Positions 16,453 to 24,000 of a DNA stretch of 24,000 nt are shown one piece after another. The first letter of the stretch is position 1. Each line of letters starts with the position of its first letter. The notes under the pieces are model-generated. The model was not told the origin of the DNA and searched no databases. It saw only the letters and a program-made list of their open reading frames with translations. Location: assembly GCA_021848605.1 (NCBI GenBank), contig JAJZUM010000016.1, forward strand, positions 1 to 24,000. Reading direction: 5' to 3'. The stretch comes from Pseudomonadota bacterium (GTDB taxonomy: Bacteria; Pseudomonadota; Gammaproteobacteria; Pseudomonadales; Moraxellaceae). Position numbers and translations under genes: made by a program.

Positions 16453-17535
16453 ATGCTTATAAAATTGATCCATCGTGTCATGGCTATCATGACAGTAACA
16501 GTTGTATGTGCATCAGCACAGGCAGTTGACTTTCAGAGTCGTGTTGCCAAGATAGAAATTCCAGGTCTAGAGCTGAAAAGTTTTGATATTGGGGCAGCGA
16601 TGGATGGACTCTATGTTCTGGCTGATCGTTCTCATGCTGCAGTTGACCTTGTTGATCTTCGAACGTTCCATGTTTTGGCCCAGATTGGGGGCTTTGCCGG
16701 TGCTCAACATGAGGGAAGGGGTGGTCCAAATGGCGTTGTGTTTATCGATGATCGACAGGTTTGGGCCGGAGATGGAGCCAGCAAAATTGCTGTTATTGAT
16801 CTGAAAAGTCACAAGGTTATTGCCACAATCTCCACAGGAGGGGATCGAAGGGTTGATGAACTGGCCTACGATGCCAAAGATCATTGGGTGATTGCGGTCA
16901 ATAATGCGGACAAACCTCCTTTTGTGACGATGGTTGATGTCCGCTTTCCATACCAGGTTCATGCACGTATCTCAATTCCCGAAGCAACAGATGGTTTGGA
17001 GCAACCCGTTTGGGATCCTGTAACTGGCTTGGTCTATTTGGCTGTACCCGAACTCAATCATCAACCGGAGCACGGTGGCATTGCGGTTTTAGATCCGAAG
17101 TCAGGTCACCTGATTCGCATGATTCCTGTTCAGGATTGTATGCCTGCAGGCCTTGCACTAGGGCCCGAAGGTCATGCCTTGGTTGGATGCAGTGATGATG
17201 CTATCAAGGCTGGCTTTAAGCCGAAAAGCATTGAAATTGCGGTTCCATCCGGGCGTATTCTGCACGAAATACCGAACGTGGGAGGATCTGATGAGATTAC
17301 GTTCGATCCCTTTACACGACATTATGTGCTTGCAGCGGTGGCCCAGCCCGGAGGCTCAGTCATTGGTTTGGTTGATGCGGATAGTGGGCATTGGCTCGGC
17401 AACATACCCAGCGGATTGCATGCGCATTCCGTGGCCTCCTGGCACGGCATGATGATCGTGCCTGTTGCTGCGGGCGATCAGCGATGTCCGAAGGGTTGTT
17501 TGCGCATTCTGAGAGACACGTCATTGAAAAAATGA
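16453..17535 (+). CDS. Secreted beta-propeller repeat protein (YVTN/YncE-like), function unknown
   Basis: Signal peptide ...VTVVCASAQA/VD. Repeated strand motifs are typical of propeller blades (VDLVDLRT..V, IAVIDLKSHKVIATI, IAVLDPKSGHLIRMI, VIGLVDADSGHWLGNI). The family assignment is from pattern memory only. Confidence 0.55.
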   Translation: MLIKLIHRVMAIMTVTVVCASAQAVDFQSRVAKIEIPGLELKSFDIGAAMDGLYVLADRSHAAVDLVDLRTFHVLAQIGGFAGAQHEGRGGPNGVVFIDDRQVWAGDGASKIAVIDLKSHKVIATISTGGDRRVDELAYDAKDHWVIAVNNADKPPFVTMVDVRFPYQVHARISIPEATDGLEQPVWDPVTGLVYLAVPELNHQPEHGGIAVLDPKSGHLIRMIPVQDCMPAGLALGPEGHALVGCSDDAIKAGFKPKSIEIAVPSGRILHEIPNVGGSDEITFDPFTRHYVLAAVAQPGGSVIGLVDADSGHWLGNIPSGLHAHSVASWHGMMIVPVAAGDQRCPKGCLRILRDTSLKK

Positions 17536-17551
17536 CTAAGTGGTTCACAAT

Positions 17552-17585
17552 GCCGTCTCCATTCTTGGTCAAGGTTGAAGACGGC
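17552..17585. terminator. Weak hairpin between convergent genes (GCCGTCT...AGACGGC)
   Basis: A 7-bp stem with a 20-nt loop in the 67-nt gap between the stop codons at 17535 and 17603. There is no clear U-tract. Confidence 0.25.
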
Positions 17586-17602
17586 GATTAGGTCGGAAGG
17601 AA

Positions 17603-18838
17603 TTAGAACCATACCCCAAAGTCAAAGCGCATGCCGTGGATGTCACGGGCATGAACATAGGAGAATCCGCCACGCAAATTTGAGATCCAACCCGTCAGTT
17701 CATGACGTGCACCAAGGGATAAACCGACTTCATTTTGATTACGTGTATAGGTTTGCACACCGGTAAACAGAGTGTTAATGTACGAAAATTCCATGGAAAG
17801 CATGTTGGAAACGGGTGTTCCCAGCATTAACCCATTACGAAAAATGGTGTTGTGGATGTCAGGATCTACGGTGTAGCCACCTGCAGTAAAACGCAAGGTT
17901 TTGTAATAGCCAATCATGTTACCAATGGCAGCATAACGGTTGTCCGCCAGAGGGATATTGTAATCGCTGGTCAGTGAAGTTGATGATTCTACGGTCGCTT
18001 GGCCCAAATCACTGGAACCACTGAATCCAACGCCGAGAAAGGGGCTGAGTGACCAGTGTTCATTGATGGGAAAACGCGCACCGAGAGCAGGTTGTGCCGA
18101 ATAAACGCGCGCCCCACCGACTGTGCCTTCCGAAATAGGCATGGACAGAATCAATTGCTTTCCGGCATCGCTATTTGAACGCCACGTATAAGAAAGTGGT
18201 AGGGTATTGAACGATACATCAATTCCATTCTGTGAAAACTGACCGTGGGTAAAGCCAAGTCCGAACAAATTGGGAATATGATCAGGCGATGCCCCATTGA
18301 CCTGAATGGTTGGATTAATGAAGGCGTTCTGAAAATCGTTGGATGCCTGTATGCTTTGTAATGAGGCAGGATTTCCAGCGATGATACTGAACGGGGTTGA
18401 TGCGACGACTTGTTTCTGCAGGAGCGTCCACAAGTTACCACCGTTTGTCTTGAGATAACTCTGCATCTGGTTAAAAGCATCCTGACGAGCGGCTGTTGCT
18501 GAAGCACCAGAGCCGGTAACAGTATGATTGATCTGGTCAAGGGTTAGTGTCAGCTGTTGGCTGTTGTTGGTAAAGGCTGTTGTTGCAAGAGTCAGATTGT
18601 TGCCCAGGTAGTTTAGACCCACAGTGGCTGGATTGGCTGGATTGAAGTTGAGGTTAGGATAGGCACTTTGGATCGAAGCGGTGTTTTTGGCCGTCGAGAT
18701 AAGATTGTCGATGGATGAGAAACCGCTTTGTACTGTTGTGCCACCTTGTTGAATGGTTAAAATGAGTGGGTCGTTGGCCATGACGCGCAGGCTGGTGGCC
18801 AATAAAATAACAAGTTGACTTTTGTGTGCATTGAACAT
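17603..18838 (-). CDS. Outer-membrane beta-barrel protein of unknown function (autotransporter-like layout)
   Basis: Signal peptide MFNAHKSQLVILLATSLRVMA/ND. The N-terminal ~170 aa are rich in N, Q, T and S. The C-terminal half has alternating amphipathic strands and ends ...RFDFGVWF, a terminal aromatic typical of BAM substrates. Confidence 0.6.
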   Translation of the reverse strand: MFNAHKSQLVILLATSLRVMANDPLILTIQQGGTTVQSGFSSIDNLISTAKNTASIQSAYPNLNFNPANPATVGLNYLGNNLTLATTAFTNNSQQLTLTLDQINHTVTGSGASATAARQDAFNQMQSYLKTNGGNLWTLLQKQVVASTPFSIIAGNPASLQSIQASNDFQNAFINPTIQVNGASPDHIPNLFGLGFTHGQFSQNGIDVSFNTLPLSYTWRSNSDAGKQLILSMPISEGTVGGARVYSAQPALGARFPINEHWSLSPFLGVGFSGSSDLGQATVESSTSLTSDYNIPLADNRYAAIGNMIGYYKTLRFTAGGYTVDPDIHNTIFRNGLMLGTPVSNMLSMEFSYINTLFTGVQTYTRNQNEVGLSLGARHELTGWISNLRGGFSYVHARDIHGMRFDFGVWF

Positions 18839-19217
18839 ACGGATCTCCCTGATCGCTGATAAAAACGTTCGTCACTCTTCAATCGTTTCCACTTTCTGTT
18901 AGAAATCAAGGATTGAGAACGGGTGCAAGAAATCATGGATATGGGTATCAAATACGCATTCCCTGCTTTTCCGAACAGCAAGCAAAATCCTGGAAACATG
19001 TTGATATCCAAAGAATGATGGCTTGTACTCAAATCGATTGTCTAATAAATATAAAATATGATTTTGAAGTTTTGAAGAATTGTTCTGGATATTTTGTGCC
19101 TAAAAATTGCCAGAAAATTCGCTTGAGTATCCCGACAGAATATTGGAATATAGTCCTAACTGAATAGTACAATAATGAATGATTTGCCCGATATCACAAT
19201 CACAGAGGAGTATAGCC

Positions 19218-20264
19218 ATGCGTACCGCCAAAGTTTATGCTGCTTATGATGCTGTAAGTGCCCTGCGTCCCCATGTGATTGAACGACGCCATCTTGCGAC
19301 CGATGACATTGATATCGACATCCTCTATTGCGGGGTTTGTCATTCTGACTTGCATACAGCGAGAAATGAATGGAAAAACACGATGTATCCTTGTGTGCCC
19401 GGTCATGAAATTGTTGGCAAGGTATGCGCAGTTGGTTCTGCAGTGAGCCGATTTAAGGTGGGCGATTATGTTGGGGTTGGCTGCATGGTGGATAGTTGTG
19501 GCCACTGTGCATCCTGTGCCGATGGTGAAGAGCAGTATTGTGAGCACGGTTTTACCGGAACCTATAATGGCCCAGTTTTTGGCGGTGAAAATACTTACGG
19601 AGGCTATGCTCAAAGTATTGTTGTCAAAGAGCGCTTTGTTCTGGCGATTCGTCATGATCCGGGTCAGCTTGCTGCAGTTGCCCCACTGCTTTGTGCCGGA
19701 ATCACAACCTGGTCACCGTTGAAGCGTTGGGCTAGGTCTGGGCAGAAAGTTGGTGTCGTGGGTCTTGGTGGTCTAGGCCACATGGCTGTTAAACTGGCCA
19801 ATGCCATGGGTATGGAAGTGGTCTTGTTTACAACTTCGGAATCGAAAATTGCTGATGCCAAACGATTGGGTGCCCATCATGTTTGTATATCAAGCCGTCC
19901 CGAAGAAATGGCGCGTTTTGGCAATCAGCTTGATTTCATCCTGAATACGGTAGCTGCTCCTCATATCCTTGACGGATATCTGAACCTGCTCAAGCGTGAT
20001 GGGACAATGACTCTTGTTGGAGCCCCTTCTGAACCCCATCCTTCGCCGGCTGTATTCAATCTGATCTTTAAACGCCGTCAGTTAGCAGGCTCGCTTATTG
20101 GTGGTATCAAGGAAACTCAGGAAATGCTTGATTTTTGTGCTGAGCACGGTATTACCTCGGATATTGAACAGATTGCCGCTGGACAGATTAATGAGGCTTA
20201 CGAGCGCATGTTGAAAAGTGATGTCAAATATCGTTTCGTCATCGATATGTCTACTTTAGTTTAG
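19218..20264 (+). CDS. yahK: Zn-dependent NADP-dependent alcohol dehydrogenase / aldehyde reductase (YahK-like, cinnamyl-ADH family)
   Basis: It aligns along its whole length with my recollection of E. coli YahK (YCGVCHSDLH, YPCVPGHEIVG, VAPLLCAGITT, GLGGLGHM, KRDGTMTLVGAP, QEMLDFCAEHGI, INEAYERMLKSDVKYRFVID). The ATG at 19218 follows a GGAG ribosome-binding site. Confidence 0.88.
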   Translation: MRTAKVYAAYDAVSALRPHVIERRHLATDDIDIDILYCGVCHSDLHTARNEWKNTMYPCVPGHEIVGKVCAVGSAVSRFKVGDYVGVGCMVDSCGHCASCADGEEQYCEHGFTGTYNGPVFGGENTYGGYAQSIVVKERFVLAIRHDPGQLAAVAPLLCAGITTWSPLKRWARSGQKVGVVGLGGLGHMAVKLANAMGMEVVLFTTSESKIADAKRLGAHHVCISSRPEEMARFGNQLDFILNTVAAPHILDGYLNLLKRDGTMTLVGAPSEPHPSPAVFNLIFKRRQLAGSLIGGIKETQEMLDFCAEHGITSDIEQIAAGQINEAYERMLKSDVKYRFVIDMSTLV

Positions 20265-20279
20265 GCAAGGGGTGGTGTG

Positions 20280-21266
20280 ATGCGTGCTCGAAAATTGGGC
20301 AGTCAAGGCCTGGAGGTTTCCATACTTGGGCTGGGTTGCATGGGAATGTCTGATTTCTATTCCGGTCGCTCTGAGAAAGCTGCTGAGGATACTTTGTTAC
20401 ACGCCATTGATCTGGGAATCAGCTTTTTTGATACGGCTGATATGTATGGTGTTGGCCACAATGAACTTTTACTGGGTCGGGTCCTGCGCCCTCAGCGGGA
20501 CAAGTTGAACCTGGCAACCAAGTTTGGGCATATGCGCGGTGTTGACGGCCAGTTTCTCGGAATTAATGGACGGCCTGACTATGTGCGTGCCTGTTGTGAG
20601 GCCAGTCTGAAACGACTTGGCGTTGAATATATTGATCTTTATTATCAGCATCGTGTCGACCCCAATGTAGCCATTGAGGAAACGGTTGGTGCCATGTCCG
20701 AACTGGTGCAGGCTGGAAAGATACGTTATATCGGCTTGTGTGAGGTTTCGACCACAACCCTTCGACGCGCCCATGCCGTGCACCCTATTTCGGCAGTGCA
20801 GTCGGAGTACTCTCTCTGGTCTCGTGACCCTGAAGCAGAGATTTTGCCTTTATTGCAAACCATGGGCATAGGCTTTGTTCCCTACAGTCCGCTGGGACGA
20901 GGATTTCTGACCGGCCGTATTCGCTCCGTGGATGATCTTGCAGGAGATGATTATCGTCGCAATTCGCCAAGATTTCAGGAAGAGAACCTAGATCGTAATT
21001 TAGAACTTCTCAATGCAATTGAGGACATGGCTCGCAGCAAAGGATGCAGCATGGCTCAGCTGGCTTTGGCCTGGGTTTTGGCTCAGGGCGATCATATCGT
21101 TCCCATTCCTGGTACTCGATCCTTGAGTCGATTGGAAGAAAATGTTGCTGCTTTGCAGATTGAACTTACGACTAAAGATCTGGAGCAACTGAATGCCATG
21201 ATACCGGTTGGGGCAGCCTCAGGCACAAGGTATCCGGCATTGCAGATGCAGGCGCTTAATCGTTAA
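20280..21266 (+). CDS. Aldo/keto reductase family oxidoreductase
   Basis: [24 protein letters not shown]...FFDTADMYG...NELLLG...[12 protein letters not shown]...IGLCEVS: AKR catalytic and cofactor motifs. It starts 15 nt after yahK. Confidence 0.9.
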   Translation: MRARKLGSQGLEVSILGLGCMGMSDFYSGRSEKAAEDTLLHAIDLGISFFDTADMYGVGHNELLLGRVLRPQRDKLNLATKFGHMRGVDGQFLGINGRPDYVRACCEASLKRLGVEYIDLYYQHRVDPNVAIEETVGAMSELVQAGKIRYIGLCEVSTTTLRRAHAVHPISAVQSEYSLWSRDPEAEILPLLQTMGIGFVPYSPLGRGFLTGRIRSVDDLAGDDYRRNSPRFQEENLDRNLELLNAIEDMARSKGCSMAQLALAWVLAQGDHIVPIPGTRSLSRLEENVAALQIELTTKDLEQLNAMIPVGAASGTRYPALQMQALNR

Positions 21267-21309
21267 TGTTCCATCCGTGGATATCAAAATCCCTGGAATT
21301 AAAAAAGGT

Positions 21310-22521
21310 ATGGTCATGAGTCAAACATCGGGAATCTTGTCGAGAACATCAGGAAATTCGGCTTATTTTCCGGTTTTGGGTTCGATTAGCCTGGCTCATG
21401 CTTTGAATGACACGATGCAATCACTGTTGCTGGCCAGTTACCCATTGTTCAAATCGGGTTTTGATCTCAGTTTTGCCCAGATTGGTCTTATCACTCTGGC
21501 GTATCAGTGTACCGCATCGCTTCTGCAGCCACTTATTGGAACCTATACTGACCGGCATCCACAACCTTTTTCCCTCGTTGTTGGTATGGCCTTTACCTTT
21601 TCCGGCTTGCTGCTCTTGGCGCATGCTCATGCGTTTTATGTTTTGTTGCTTGCGGCTGCGCTGGTGGGTAGTGGTTCCTCGATTTTTCACCCTGAAGCAT
21701 CGAGAGTTGCGCGTTTGGCATCCGGTGGGCAGCATGGTTTGGCACAGTCCATTTTCCAGGTCGGTGGTAATGCAGGGTCGGCCATCGGGCCTTTGCTGGC
21801 AGCCTGGTTTGTCTTGCCACGGGGTCAGTCCAGTTTAGCCATGTTTTCACTCATGGCGCTTGGGGGTATGCTGATTTTGAGTGGGGTAGGTGTCTGGTAT
21901 CAGCATCAGCATCGTCGCCCATCGGTCCACTCGCAAAGCAAGGCTTCGTCTCTGCCTACGTCTCGGCTGGCAAGAACCATGAGCGTCCTTGTAATGTTGA
22001 TGTTTTCTAAATTCATTTACATGGCCAGCATCAGTAGTTATCTGATTTTTTATCTGATGCATCACTATGGAATTAGTGCTCAAAAGGCCCAGTATCATCT
22101 GTTTTATTTTCTGTTTGCGGTTGCTGCAGGTACAGTTTTGGGTGGACCCTTGGGCGACCGGATCGGACGCAAGCCCGTTATATGGATTTCGATTCTGGGT
22201 ATTGCACCGTTCACCCTGGCTTTGCCGTATGTCAGTTTAGCTGTGTCGGTTGGATTGATGGTACTTATTGGCTTTTTGCTGGCCTCAGCGTTTCCAGCCA
22301 TGGTGGTCTATGCGCAGGAATTGATGCCTGGCCGAACGGGAATGGTTTCCGGGTTGTTCTTTGGTCTGGCATTTGGTTTAGGTGGTGTGGGTGCGGCGAT
22401 GCTCGGTTCCTGGGCTGATCATGATGGGATTGATGCCGTGTATCGGTTTTGTTCCTTTTTGCCGCTGCTCGGCGTTCTTGCAGTATTTTTGCCTGATTTA
22501 AAACAGGCACAATCGCACTAA
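21310..22521 (+). CDS. fsr: MFS transporter, fosmidomycin-resistance (Fsr) family
   Basis: It aligns closely with my recollection of E. coli Fsr (LAHALND..QSL, LQP.IG..TDR, GSSIFHPE.SRVAR.ASGG.HGLAQSIFQVGGN, FSKF.YMASISSY, YAQELMPGR.GMVSGLFFG.AFG.GG). The ATG at 21310 is preferred; the track start at 21208 overlaps the AKR gene. Confidence 0.88.
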   Translation: MVMSQTSGILSRTSGNSAYFPVLGSISLAHALNDTMQSLLLASYPLFKSGFDLSFAQIGLITLAYQCTASLLQPLIGTYTDRHPQPFSLVVGMAFTFSGLLLLAHAHAFYVLLLAAALVGSGSSIFHPEASRVARLASGGQHGLAQSIFQVGGNAGSAIGPLLAAWFVLPRGQSSLAMFSLMALGGMLILSGVGVWYQHQHRRPSVHSQSKASSLPTSRLARTMSVLVMLMFSKFIYMASISSYLIFYLMHHYGISAQKAQYHLFYFLFAVAAGTVLGGPLGDRIGRKPVIWISILGIAPFTLALPYVSLAVSVGLMVLIGFLLASAFPAMVVYAQELMPGRTGMVSGLFFGLAFGLGGVGAAMLGSWADHDGIDAVYRFCSFLPLLGVLAVFLPDLKQAQSH

Positions 22522-22738
22522 AGGGAGGATCGATCGTTAAACATCATTGCGACCACATCGGTAAATCGTCGCCGACAACATCCAGTTTTTTCCTGAAATG
22601 AGTGGGTTTTACGGGTTGTACACGGGCATTTAACCATAGGACCGAACACTCTCTGATGTAACGGATTAATGGCTAGGCCAAGCCGTTCATTCTCGCCCAT
22701 ACCACGCAAGCGGTGGCTGTGAGCATACAGAGTCAATT

Positions 22739-23839
22739 TCACGATTCGATTTGGCTCTCTGCAATACCAACGGATGCGGATACGACACAGTTACGCCCGG
22801 ATTTTTTGGCAGAGTACAGTGCCTGATCAGCGCGTTCATAGAGGCAACTAAAACTTTCTCCATCAGGGTCGGAGACCGCTATTCCAGCTGAAACCGATAC
22901 AACACCCAGCGGATGGTCCGGATGGCTAATCGCAAGTTCCATGACACAAGAACGTAAATGATCTGCAAGTTTATACATATTATCTGGTTGTGCAGGGGCA
23001 ACCAGAACAGCAAATTCTTCGCCTCCCAGACGAAAGACCAGGTCTGAGGAGCGGCGCAGATGTGAAGCCATACATTTACTGACAGCAATCAGGGCTGCAT
23101 CTCCAGCCTGATGACCAAGAGCGTCGTTCAGTTTTTTGAAAAAATCCAGATCATAAAGTATTAGACCCACTCCATAGTGCTCGCGCTGTGCCCGCCGCAG
23201 TTCATATTCCATAACCTGGTTGAAATGACGACGATTGTAGAGACCGGTCAGTCCATCACGCGTACTTAGTTCTTTCAACTGCTGGTTGGCACGCGAGAGT
23301 TCTTCACTGAGTAAGCGTTCCTGGATCAGCATGGCTGCTAGTACGTCCCCCGTTAAACCAGTACCATAAAATCGGCCATCAACCGTAATAACAAATCCTG
23401 CAGAAAGACGGGTGCGATTCCAGGAGCGCAGCAAACGATCCGCCAACTGGCTAATTGGTGTTTGGGCATCAATACATACCGGGTGATCATCCATGAACTT
23501 GCGACAGCTTTTCTTGCCATAGAGTTCCCTGGTAAATGGCTGAGCCATCAGTTCCATAAAGTAATCACGATGAATCATGCCGACAACAAGGTCTTCATGG
23601 GTAACGGCAATATGCGTAGGATGCTCCGGGCTGGTGAAAAGATCAAAGACCTCAGCATTGGTCATTTCTATATCAACAGCTTTTGAAGCGCGGTTCAAGT
23701 CGATGGCTTTAAGTACTACAGGAACATTAGATTCTTCCTGGACGCTAACGATTTCTTGATGAAGGGTTAATCGTGCATTCGGCAACGTGCTATTCCCGAT
23801 ACTAGGTTTTATATTGGTATTATCAGAACGATGTTTCAT
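22739..23839 (-). CDS. Diguanylate cyclase (GGDEF) with an N-terminal CBS-pair-like sensor region
   Basis: DGLTGLYNRRHF, RLGGEEFAVL (GGEEF active site) and ADQALYSAKKSGRN. The N-terminal half (VVGMIHRDYFMEL..., FVITVDGRFYGTGLTGDVL) resembles tandem CBS motifs. Confidence 0.85.
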   Translation of the reverse strand: MKHRSDNTNIKPSIGNSTLPNARLTLHQEIVSVQEESNVPVVLKAIDLNRASKAVDIEMTNAEVFDLFTSPEHPTHIAVTHEDLVVGMIHRDYFMELMAQPFTRELYGKKSCRKFMDDHPVCIDAQTPISQLADRLLRSWNRTRLSAGFVITVDGRFYGTGLTGDVLAAMLIQERLLSEELSRANQQLKELSTRDGLTGLYNRRHFNQVMEYELRRAQREHYGVGLILYDLDFFKKLNDALGHQAGDAALIAVSKCMASHLRRSSDLVFRLGGEEFAVLVAPAQPDNMYKLADHLRSCVMELAISHPDHPLGVVSVSAGIAVSDPDGESFSCLYERADQALYSAKKSGRNCVVSASVGIAESQIES

Positions 23840-23877
23840 TATTATGACTAAATGAAAATTTAAATTTCTTGAAGAAG

Positions 23878-23911
23878 GTAGTCCGAATGGACAATATATG
23901 GTTCGGACTAC
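23878..23911. promoter_or_regulatory. Perfect 10-bp inverted repeat in a divergent promoter region (candidate operator)
   Basis: GTAGTCCGAA-(14 nt tggacaatatatgg)-TTCGGACTAC, lying between the diguanylate cyclase start (23839, minus) and the next plus-strand start (23979). Confidence 0.4.
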
Positions 23912-23978
23912 ATTGAGTGCATACCGGTTTTTTTCATTGTTTCATAGGATTTTTGGATCGATTTAAGGAGGCCTTTCC

Positions 23979-24000
23979 GTGTCTCAGTCATCGTACAAGA
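23979..24000 (+). CDS. Start of an unidentified CDS running off the window end
   Basis: An AAGGAGG ribosome-binding site at 23965-23971, then GTG at 23979 reading MSQSSYK. Too short to identify. Confidence 0.3.

Noticed and set aside
19062-19077. A tandem TTTTGAAG TTTTGAAG repeat upstream of yahK
   Set aside because: It has only two 8-nt units in an AT-rich region, too short to separate from chance. It is mentioned under the operon finding only.
22518-22742. A 74-aa minus-strand ORF overlapping the diguanylate cyclase stop codon by 4 nt (GTGA), which suggests translational coupling
   Set aside because: The sequence is rich in Cys, Arg and His, has no recognisable motif and no clear ribosome-binding site, and uses a GTG start only. 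It is probably a chance ORF in the convergent intergenic region, though it would merit a quick homology search.

Overview
This window looks like proteobacterial chromosome, a mix of housekeeping genes and accessory DNA. All calls come from reading the sequence and ORF translations by eye; no searches were run.

Gene content, left to right:
- A GAF-domain sensor gene, open at the window edge (1-918, minus).
- A ~1.6 kb remnant of a tRNA-integrated element (1075-2708). It is bounded by a 27-nt duplication of the tRNA-Pro 3' end and carries only a frameshifted NYN-domain gene.
- tRNA-Pro(CGG), then the minus-strand housekeeping run ispB, aroC, prmB.
- An apparently intact IS200/IS605-family element with divergent tnpA and tnpB (about 6204-7879).
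- An orphan ShlB/FhaC-type TpsB transporter gene and a small hemerythrin gene.
- A three-gene AcrAB/OprM-type RND efflux operon, in the order OMF, MFP, RND on the minus strand.
- A secreted beta-propeller protein gene convergent with an uncharacterised outer-membrane beta-barrel gene.
- A yahK-like alcohol dehydrogenase, aldo/keto reductase and fsr-like MFS operon.
- A CBS-GGDEF diguanylate cyclase gene.

I see no CRISPR array, no rRNA, and no obvious multi-gene defence system.

The items most worth follow-up:
1. The TnpB lacks the canonical RuvC-II glutamate, reading VGNV where E-D/H-L is expected.
2. Two short orphan copies of an IS605-type right end (the omega-RNA region) sit in inverted orientation and bracket the IS plus tpsB.
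3. G8 and G7 tracts lie inside tpsB, which suggests phase variation.
4. The tRNA-Pro island remnant holds an NYN protein with an antitoxin-like C-terminal domain, preceded by a promoter, hairpin and terminator leader.
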